A DNA stretch of 61,058 bases, counting the filler, from Sluysia triapertura (lineage: Eukaryota), in assembly GCA_046118255.1 (NCBI GenBank). It is 4 parts of 4 records of this genome, joined end to end, with 100 filler letters (N's around TTAATTAATTAA, not from the genome) between each part and the next. Parts side by side here need not be neighbours in the genome. Positions count along the whole stretch, not along the records: positions 49,453 to 61,058 come from JBJNIA010182857.1; 3 more parts are not named here. One strand, 5' to 3'. Made by a program: the position numbers and the translations under genes. Under the pieces are notes generated by a model. That model made no database searches. It was not told the DNA's origin and saw nothing but the letters and a program-made list of their open reading frames with translations. Of this stretch, positions 51,960-61,058 are shown piece after piece. Position 1 is the first letter of the stretch. Each line of letters starts with the position of its first letter.

Positions 51960-54900
51960 ATATTTCACAGGGGGCAATTATTTCAATAAATCATCAACTA
52001 CCCGGTGGTACTGACGACGAACCTGAACTTCCACCACGTCGTCTCAATTTTTCTTGGATGACACTGGTTCTCCTAATACATGGTTTATGGTTGTTGAAGC
52101 CATGTTTAAAACCAGTGCAATCAAACATCAAACCGCCAAGTTTAACCACTTTTAAGTAAGCTTAGTCCAAAAATTCAAACGTGTATTGCCTCAAAGTATC
52201 CTTATGACGAACTCAAACAAATCGTCATACAGCAATACCGACCTAATTCTTTCAAGTCCAAACATTAGGTTCACTATCACCCTCGGAATTTTTCGCAAAA
52301 ATAAAACAGATCTAGCGCATTTTGGCTGTGATATCGATGAAAAAATATTATTGTTTCTCACAGTTCAAGGCATACTCGTTGGTACGCAGAATACCAAAAT
52401 TGACGAATTTGCCAAAATTGCCGATAACATTATTGCATTCTGGAATAAGAACCATCAAAAACCTCTATACACATTGAACGATTCTTTTTCCAGTAATCAA
52501 AAATTTACTGCAACAAATACCTAAAAACAAAATATTCTCCTACGAGTCGAAAATTTGACTAAACAAGTAGTAGACTTAACAAAAATTCTAATTTCAAAAT
52601 CAAGAGAACTCACCACCAAGGACAAATTCCCCCACATTCTTAACGAGTTCCTCTAACTCAAATAAATTTAATAGAAATAAAAAATCCTTCAATGGAATCT
52701 GTTATTATCACAACAGATTTCAACATGCTAAAACATGTTTATTAGGATGAAAACTTCCAAATAAACCGACAACCTTAACAATCAAAAACCTATGCGCACA
52801 TTTTCAAAAAAATTCTAGATGCATGGATGGCTGTATCCATTTCAAACAAAACCTTAACCCTCGATCAAAAAACTAAATTCGCCAACGGTCAAAGCGGCTA
52901 GACCGAAACATTTGGCAATCAATGGTATTTTCAGTGCCGCTAATCTCTACCGATTTCAAATATATCAAAAAGGGTTTTCTAATTGACACTGGAGCTGCCG
53001 TGTCTCTGATACCACAGACACGTTCATTTCTTACAGCAGCTAACGGAACAACCGTTACCTGCTATGGCTCCAGAAAACTACAATTCAAATTACCTCATTT
53101 CAACAAGGTCTTTGAATGGACTTTTCTAATTGCCGCAGTACAGCAACCGATAATTGGAGCCGATTTCCTAACCCACTATAAACTCCTAGTCGATTGCCAC
53201 AATAAAACTTTAACCAAGTCCTTCGAACAACTTAATAATATTAAAATTAAATTAGAGGATCTCAACAACAATAATATCACACAATATATACAACAAATTC
53301 ACCCAAACTTACTTCTCGAACAATTTAATCCAGAATACATTCCTAAATCAGAAAATTTTATCAAAACAGTACCCAAAGCGTGCAGACTAAGACGACGAGA
53401 ACTAGCACAAAAAATACGTTCTTAGCAGAGACAGAATTCCTTGAAATGGAAAGACAAGGAATAGTGCGACGCTCTTCTTCAAAAGAAAGATGAAACAGTA
53501 AAGATATGTAGTGACTACAGAATGCTTAATAAAGTCACTGTTCCAGACGCATATCCTATGCCACTTATAACAGACATCTTTCACAGATTTACTGCTTGCA
53601 CAATATTCTCTTCAATAGACCTGGCTATAGCGTACCACCAAATCCCAGTACATACTGAGGATATACCAAAAACAGCCGTAACAACTCCTTTCGGTCTAAG
53701 AAATGCAGCACAAACCTTCCAGCGTCACATCGATCAAGTTCTTCAAGGCTTAACTTTTACTACAGCCTCTATCGATGACAACATAATTGCTTCCAGAGGT
53801 TTCAAACAACATCAAACACGTATGGAACAAGTATTTCAAAGACTTTCCGACAATAATTTAATAATCAAAATCAATAAATGCCAATTTTTCAAAAATAAAA
53901 TCACTTTCCTAGGTCACAATATCTCTGTTGACGGGATAGAACCACTGCAAACCCGTACAACAGCAATAAGAGACTTGCCACAACCTAAAACTGTTACACA
54001 AATGAGAAGTTTCTTAGGCCTAGTTAATTATTGTCGACGCTTCATCCCGAAACTCTCAGAAATTATTGCACCATTAACAGTTTAATTATCTGGAAAGAAG
54101 AACCAACAAATCAATTGGAATACCAAATCTCTTGACTCTTTTGAACAAACAAAACAAGCAATTATGAAGATGGAACGTTTGGCATTTCCACAACAACATT
54201 TACCGTTCATCTTAACAACAGATGCTTCAAACATAGCAACCAGACCCATTGAATTTTACTCACACAAACTTTCTTCACAACAAACCAGATATTCGGCATT
54301 CGACCGTGAATTGCTAGCAATTTACCAGTCTGTGAAACACTTTGAGTATTTATTACTCCCAACACAATTGAGACTTAGAATAGACCACAAACCGTCGTTG
54401 CACATCTTCACGATGAAAAACCCCACTCCAAGACAACAACAGATATTAGCTACTTGTCCCAATTCAACTTCAATATAGAATTTATCCCAGGACAAGAAAA
54501 TGTGGTCGTCGACGTATTATCACGTGTAGGTCTAAACAGCATCGAATTCCAGTCAATATTCACTGTCGAAGAATTACAAAACAATCCACCATCTAGTCTA
54601 GAAATTGCCAAATTTTCAATAAAACCATCATTACACAATGGAATTTTCTACGACTACCAATTATCAGGTACTTTTTGACCAGTGCTAGGACAAAAGCTCC
54701 GAGTCAAAACCTTTGAACATATCCACAATATGACACACGCCGGAGCCAAGGCCACATATGAATTACTACATTCAAAAGTAGTATGGCCTTTAATGCGCCG
54801 AGACATCAAAAACTGGTGTAAAGCCTGTTTGACTTGTCAATCGGTGAAAATTCACAAAAAACAAAAAACCACAAACGCTTCACTTCCCCACAGGCCAACT

Positions 54901-55830
54901 CTTTGATACCATACACATGGACATAATCGGCCCACTACCACAATCCCATGGTTACACCTACATTTTAACTATACTGGACCGATACAGCAAATGGTCTGAA
55001 GTGTTTCCAATCAGATCAATTACAACGGACACCATATCCAGAATTCGAATAACCAACTGGATTTCACGCCTTGGTGTACCCAAAAGAATTATCACAGATC
55101 AAGAAACTCAATTCGAGTCTAGCCTTTTGAATAATCTACGAACAACTTCATACCATCCACAATCTAATCGTATGATAGAGAGATTCCATAGAACTCTCAA
55201 AAATTCCTTACGCGCGCTTTCAATAAATCATAACTTGGTTGAAGCGTTACCTTTAATCTTATTAGGCTAGCGTAATATCCCTCATTCTTCAACAGGATAT
55301 TCTCCAGCTCAAATCGTATTAGAAACCAATACTAGATCACCCTTTGAATTGTTTCAGCATGATAATGCATCAGAAAGAACATATTTACCTCTATTGCGGC
55401 AATATTTCAACACAACGAAAATCTTCAACACGCCACAACACGTCACAAGGAAAATCTTCACATTTATATACCTAAAATCATTTCAGACATTAAATTTGTG
55501 TGGCTTAAATTAGAAAATCCAAAATCTCTTCAACCAAGATACACCGACTCTTAGAAAGTCATCCAGTTCAATTGAAATAACAACACAGCTTCGATCGACA
55601 TTAACAGAAAATCTAAAAAAATTAAAAAAATCTAAAATAAAAATAAACTAGCTACAACCCTAGTTGAAGAAGATTCACAAACTATACCTATAAAGAAATC
55701 GGTAACCTTCTATAAAGCGGCTACTCTACTAATTAACAAGGTTTACACAAAATTCAATTAAACCTATCACATTCATCTTAATTTTAAACGTCTGTCGCTC
55801 CGCGTCTTCGAAGGGGGCTGATATGGTGGG
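51960..55830 (+). mobile_element. Decayed Ty3/Gypsy LTR retrotransposon (gag-pol)
   Basis: gag (PNTWFMVVEAMF; CYYHNRF...C), protease (FLIDTGAAVS), RT (DYRMLN, IDLAIAYHQ, TPFGLRNAAQTFQR, SIDD), RNase H (TTDAS, YSAFDRELLAI), integrase (HNMTHAG...CKACLTC; MDIIGPLP; IITDQ; IERFHRTLK); Gypsy order RT-RH-IN; many stops and frameshifts; purine tract GAAGGGGG at 55810. No convincing LTR pair. Confidence 0.95.
52922..55270 (+). pseudogene. Gypsy pol (PR-RT-RH-IN), fragmented
   Basis: ORF pieces 52922-53425, 53522-54085, 54164-54478, 54454-54678, 54682-54906, 54917-55270 tile the pol domains in order. Confidence 0.95.
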
Positions 55831-57192
55831 CAACCTATTACTTTTAACAATTTTATTAAAGATTTTATTTTAAACATAAAAAACCACGTACATTTATAAA
55901 ATATACATTTTCAAAAATTCATTAAAAACATTTTTTACATAATCCTATGCCAATATAATCAAAATTATGTTTCAATAAAACGCTTACCCTAAAAATCTAC
56001 AACTCACATTTTCAAATTCGCAATTCAATACAAACATAACTAAAATCATATCCTTTTCAACATTACGCAACAACCTTGTAGAATTCGTTAAAACCGTTTC
56101 TATATCTTATTTCTTTTCAGCTTCACAAAAATCAACTCCCATTTTTCAAAAAATTGTAAAACTACAATCTCGTAACATACAAACCATAATGACATTCAAA
56201 ACCATCAATTTACATTAAAAAATTCATCAAAAATATTTTATTCGTCATGTCATAACAATCCCACTACAACCACATTCGAATTTAACTACCAGACACCTTC
56301 AAATTAATTCAAACATTCTAAATTCATGATCTTTTATTATTTAATCTTCAACAGAAGACAATACTACTTAAACCTATCAAGAAAATAAATCGTATTTTTA
56401 ACATTGTAAATCATCTTGCCAACTTAGCAAAAGCTAGACTATAACTTATCTACTTCTCATACACCAAACTACACTCTTTTCAACGCAATTTTAAGTTACA
56501 ATCCTAACAGATAAACAGTACTTTCATTCAAAACTCCAATGCACATTTATCACTCATTTTAAACACTCATGTTATTTCAATACTCAAGCTCACCTTCAGT
56601 CAAAAACCTTAATTATCATCTAAAAATTCATTATAAACATTATACACCTTAACATACAGCGTTATAACCACAATCACACCATAAAACATCAACCATACAT
56701 TCAAAACTAATTTAAAACATCTCAAATCAGAAATGCCTAACATTATAAGGTAACAACTGTATTTTAAGTTTTAAAGATTTAAATATGTAAAAAATATTAA
56801 AGAATATAAGAAAAGTTTGTTTTAAAGAATTTAAGGAATTTATCTAATTATTTGTAATGAATAATAATAACACTATATTATTATTATTATCAACACAAAT
56901 TTTAATTTTGATCGATCATTTTCGTAGCTACCACTATCATTGGGTGATTTAATTTACATTTATAATAATTGTCACCATTAATAGTGGTTAGTGTTTACTT
57001 TCATAGCATAAGAAAGATTTTGCTCATTATTTTTATATATCTCTGGTTGAACAACCAATCCAGACACAAAGTAAATGTTATAGATACGAAAAATTTTAAA
57101 ACAGTAATTAGAATCTCAATTAGTAAAAAATTTTACAAAAACGACGATTTTGAAACTTGAAATTACAAACCTTTTTATTTAATAACAATTAA

Positions 57193-57750
57193 ATGTTATC
57201 AGACTTAAACATAGTCAAACATCAATTAAATATTAAAATTGATAAAAAGCATATCAACGAAGCCGATCCAACTGCTTTACTGTTAAGTAGAGACTTTCAG
57301 AATCATATAGCAGCATTTCTCAAATTAAATTATGATAGAAATGATAACAAACTATATAAAGATGTCGAAGTATTAATACCACAATTAGAAGAATCTGATC
57401 TAAGTTTGAGAAGTAGTAAAAAATCTAAAACAATTAATAAGCAAAATCAGAATTATCTTGATTTACGATGTTTACAAATTATTCGTGCGATAATTTAGAA
57501 TCAAGAAGTGCAATTTCCGACAGATTTGGAAAATCGTATAATAGATAATGAAGTACAAGAAGTAATTATAGCTATCGATCAAGTACAGAATAGTTTGGAT
57601 AAGCTAAAAGTATCAAATCTTTCTCAAATACATACGATTAATTCTATTGATTCCGTCAGAAAGGAAGTTATCGTGTTAAAATAAGCTATTTTAATTAATA
57701 GAAATCCTGCAATACAATCTAATATGTTGAAATTCTTCTTGAACTCAAAA
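57193..57750 (+). pseudogene. Inositol-1,4,5-trisphosphate-receptor-like coding fragment (armadillo/central region), with in-frame stops
   Basis: LLLSRDFQNHIAAF...LIPQLEES...LDLRCLQIIRAII*NQEVQFPTDLE...IDQVQNSLDKLKVSNL...VRKEVIVLK*AILINRNPAIQSNMLKFFLNSKK; recalls ITPR 'EVQCHLDKEGASNL...E.I.L..ALL.GGN..IQ' and invertebrate ITPR-like 'LD.KCLQ.LRA.IHN'; stops at 57496 and 57682. Confidence 0.7.
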
Positions 57751-57754
57751 AAAC

Positions 57755-58360
57755 AACATACCAGTTACATATAAAAATCAACCAATTTATTTAGAACCAG
57801 TTAAAAGAATAATATTACCAACTAATAAACTAAAACCAAAAATATTACATTGTTCTAACGTGATGGCACCAGAATACAAAATTGATGATAATTTATGGAT
57901 ATCATTACCTCACCACAGTCAAGTTAAAACTCCAGAAATAATTGGATTAACAGAATAGAAATCAAAATTAAAATTCAAAGCTACGAAAAATATTCCAAGA
58001 TGGGGAATATATTTAAATGAGGATATTTAAGCAGCTTTCCTATCAAAAGATCAAAAGTTTTAACAGAAATTGTGGATAAAACAGTAGTAGAAACAAATGG
58101 TAAAATAAAATTTGAATTATTATTAGGACCGGATCACTTTAAGAAAGTTTCACACAATACATTAAAACAAATTTGGGGAAGTTTTTTGGTATTGGGACAA
58201 GCATATTCAGGATTAATCGGAATATATATAATAATTAAAGTTATCGCTCTTATAATATCATAGATATTTTCGTTGGTAGGTATATACAAAATATCAGGCT
58301 TTACATGGAGACGAATAATAGGGTATTTTCCATTTTTACATCATCATACACATTCTCAGC
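57755..58360 (+). pseudogene. C-terminal part of a chuvirus-G / gB-like (class III) envelope glycoprotein
   Basis: NIPVTYKNQPIYLEPVKRII...HCSNVMAPEYKIDDNLWISLP...PEII...WGIYLNEDI / FPIKRSKVLTEIVDK...LKQIWGSFLVLGQAYSGLIGIYIIIKVIALIIS*IFSLVGIYKISGFTW; motif order matches recalled chuvirus-like G (LPV...FL.P.TRI...C...P.Y.I...W...P...GIY..ED...FP.....W..F..FG....G..GI + TM). Confidence 0.75.
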
Positions 58361-58363
58361 TAA

Positions 58364-59890
58364 ATGCTTTTAAGAAAACAAACAGAAGAGATAGCATTAC
58401 AAACAATTAATGTTGATACAGTAGAAGAAATAAATGAAGTAAAACAAGGTCTATATTCGTCAAGAAATTTGGTTTATATGATCCGTGCAAATAATAATTA
58501 TAATAGTGCAAAAATACCAATGGTAGAAATGAAAGTAAATGGAAGAATGTTAACAGAATTGGTAGATACTAGAGCAGTTGCTTCTTTAATCAAAATTAAC
58601 TAAGAAAGAACTTAATAATCTGTCTAAACAACATTCTTATTTAACAGGTGTAAGCGGAGGTGAAATCGAAATTCTTGGAGTATTAAAATTATATATGTGA
58701 AATTGGAAATAATAAAATTGAAATTAAATGTAGAGTAATGAGAAAATGTCCTGAAGATATGGTATTATGAATGGATGTGTTATCACAATTAAAAGGAGTC
58801 TTAGACTTTAATAAAGCAAGATAAATGGATAGTTATACTGATGGAGTACTTGATGATGATGATGATGTTATATTAGAAGAACCTCATTGGATATTAAGTC
58901 GAACTGAATATATTATACCAGGTAAAACAAATAGTCTCAGAAATAATCCGATAATGTTTATTGCATCAAAGAATAACCAATAAAAGTTGAATATTGGTAT
59001 AGCAGATTCTCTTTGTAGAATCAGCGATGAAAATATTCCAATAAGAATAATAAATTATACAGAAGAAAATAAATGGTTATATGCAGGAACGAAATTAGGA
59101 GAAACAGTAAATTATAAATTAGAGACTCAGATAAATTTAATATCGAATAATAATAAACAAAAACATAAGAATATTAAAGTACAAAGAAATATAGATACCG
59201 ACGACGAAGAAGATTATGAAGAAATATAAATTAAAAATAAGAATTTACAAAATATCAAAAGGAATTACTATATAAAGTTATTTAATATAGTAATTATTAT
59301 AGTTATTATTATAGAAGATTTGTAAAAGATTTTGCAAAAATTGCTCGACCTTTACTAATGCTGACTAAAAAGAATGTAACATTTAATGGACTGAAAAACA
59401 AACTAAAGCATTCAAACAATTAAAAGAAAAATTAACAACAGCTCCAATTTTAATGTTTCCAGATATGAACAAACTATTTATATTAACAACTAATGCTAGT
59501 AATTTTGCTGTAGGAGCAATACTGGGACAGAAAAATAAAGATAACTTAGAAGGAGTAATAGCATATGCAAGTAGAAGATTAAATAAAGCACACATGAATT
59601 ATTCTACAATAGAAAGAGAATGTCTAGCTGTAGTATATGCTTGCAAATTATTTAGACATTATTTACCATCATCTCAATATTCAGAAACTCCGGAATACAT
59701 AACAATATTGAGAAAAAATTTACAAGATGCTTGGAAACGCGCAGGTTTACAAATACGATATACTCAAGAAAATTACAAAGATAATTATGATAAAAAAGCT
59801 AAAGCACATAATTTTGAAATTGGAGATAAAGTATTAGTGGATTATCCAATTGCGAAACCAGGATACACTGTTTCAAAGTTTATGTTATAA
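58364..59890 (+). mobile_element. Second Ty3/Gypsy relic (protease, RT thumb/RNase H, integrase C-terminus) with large internal deletions
   Basis: IPMVEMKVNGRMLTELVDTRAVASLI (DTG->DTR); YYRRFVKDFAKIARPL...KLTTAPILMFPD...TNASNFAVGAILGQ...VIAYASRRL...YSTIERECLAVV...FRHYL joined directly to ...YDKKAKAHNFEIGDKVLV. Confidence 0.9.
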
Positions 59891-59929
59891 AATGTTTAAG
59901 AAAAGAAAAAATCAATTATATCACAGATA

Positions 59930-60090
59930 CTATAATTTATCTCAAGTGTCTTTGCACTGCAGATAATCGAAAACTTGTTTAAACCAATCAGATCGCTTAG
60001 AGTGCATCTTCGTTTCGTTCAACCAAAAGCTCAAAATCAGATGTTCAAAGTGAACCATCCCTTCATGTTACTTCTTGTTTATTACCTAAT
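59930..60090 (-). pseudogene. Possible ROQ-domain relic between two Gypsy relics
   Basis: MKGWFTL...NEDAL*AI*LV (ARGCQFL...[11 protein letters not shown]). Confidence 0.25.
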
Positions 60091-60229
60091 AATTTAAATT
60101 GAAAAGATATTAATGTTTATTCAATTTTATTTAGAGTTTTTAATTTGTTAACGTTTTAATAAATGAGTCAAACACCAAAAGTTTTATAATACTCAGAAAA
60201 TTCTTTCGATAAAGTAATAAGTAATGTAA

Positions 60230-60822
60230 TAATCCAAAGTTGGAGAATCCCAATATATAGACCATCATAAGGTTTGTAGAATTTATTACTGAAACCCTTT
60301 TTATATAATTGGGTATATAATAATATTAAATCACCTTTTTTAAATTTTATTGGATTAACCTTACTATCATAATATTGTTTACGAAACTCCTGGGAAAACT
60401 TTACATTAAATTTAGCTCTTGTCCATACTTCTTTCATTATCTGTAAATAATTGTCTTCTTCTAAATATTTTGATGAATCAAGTATTAAGGATAAATACAT
60501 ATATAATCTGGTTTCTCGAAAGTACATTAAATAAAATGGAAATTTTTAGTAGCTTTTAGTATGCGAATAAACAAGGTGCAATGATTTCATCCTAATCATT
60601 TTGTTGATCATTAGTATATGATCACTAGTAAATGTAATGTGTGATTAAATCTTTCGACTAAACCATCGGTTTGTGGATTGTAAGCAGATGTTGTTGTCTT
60701 AGTAATGCGGAAAACGTTTCATTTTTCTACCATTATTTCACTAGTAAAATGAGTACCTTATGCAGTTATTAATTTTTTAGGTGGCTCATATCTGAAAATA
60801 ATTTCTTCAATAAATAATTTTG
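60230..60822 (-). mobile_element. Gypsy integrase core/C-terminal relic
   Basis: IIFRYEPPKKLITA*GTHFTS...TTSAYNPQTDGLVERFNHTL and SQEFRKQYYDSKVNPIKFKKGDLILL...KFYKPYDGLY. Confidence 0.88.
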
Positions 60823-61058
60823 CTATTGTTGATGCTCTTTGCTCAGTGTAGTGAGGGCTTTTGAATAAATAAACGTATTGTTAACACAGCCGTTTCGAAT
60901 GGATGTAATACGGATTCGTATATGCTCATGTTCTCCCTTTTCAGCGTCGAAAGTGCGATAATAAGTAATCGTTTTCTTAGCATGAGTTAATGCTATTTCA
61001 AAGTCAGGTAAACAACGCAGAGACATGTTGTCCTCTTTTTGAGAACTAAAACTATTAT
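60823..61058 (-). pseudogene. ROQ-domain relic (truncated by window edge)
   Basis: CLCVVYLTLK*H*LMLRKRLL ([21 protein letters not shown], ungapped); TTLSKEHQQ (EALRREHDS); abuts the Gypsy integrase relic. Confidence 0.5.

Noticed and set aside
51915-55880. 5'/3' LTR pair (GCAACCT...ACA at ~51920 and ~55830)
   Set aside because: About 50 bp of weak similarity in AT-rich sequence, no TG...CA ends or TSD.
1-61058. Alternative genetic code (many in-frame stops in coding-like islands, several at Trp positions)
   Set aside because: All three stop codons and frameshifts occur together, while the SLC6 and PDZ exons are clean under the standard code; this is pseudogene decay under AT-biased mutation.

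Overview
Very AT-rich animal (metazoan) genomic DNA. The SLC6 motif 'FDHYAGSRIII' suggests an invertebrate, possibly spiralian. The window has many (AAT)n/(ACT)n/(ATC)n microsatellites and four 100-bp assembly gaps, three carrying an artificial TTAATTAATTAA linker. Intact host features: the last six coding exons of a minus-strand SLC6 (GABA/taurine/creatine-type) transporter (48969->35917), one orphan PDZ-domain exon (12738->12591) and a tRNA-Asp(GTC) gene in a collapsed ~464-bp tandem repeat. Mobile debris: a decayed near-complete Ty3/Gypsy element (~51960-55830), a hAT transposase relic, a Gypsy integrase relic, and a second Gypsy relic whose protease is directly preceded by a chuvirus-G/gB-like (class III) glycoprotein C-terminus, itself abutting an IP3-receptor-like fragment. 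The main observation is that much of the apparent junk, on both strands and inside introns, translates (through stops and frameshifts) into mutually divergent, intronless relics of the Roquin/RC3H ROQ RNA-binding domain, some with a downstream CCCH finger; about 25-30 candidates in 61 kb. All protein similarities were judged by eye against reference sequences recalled from memory; no searches were run, and weak individual calls need HMM confirmation.
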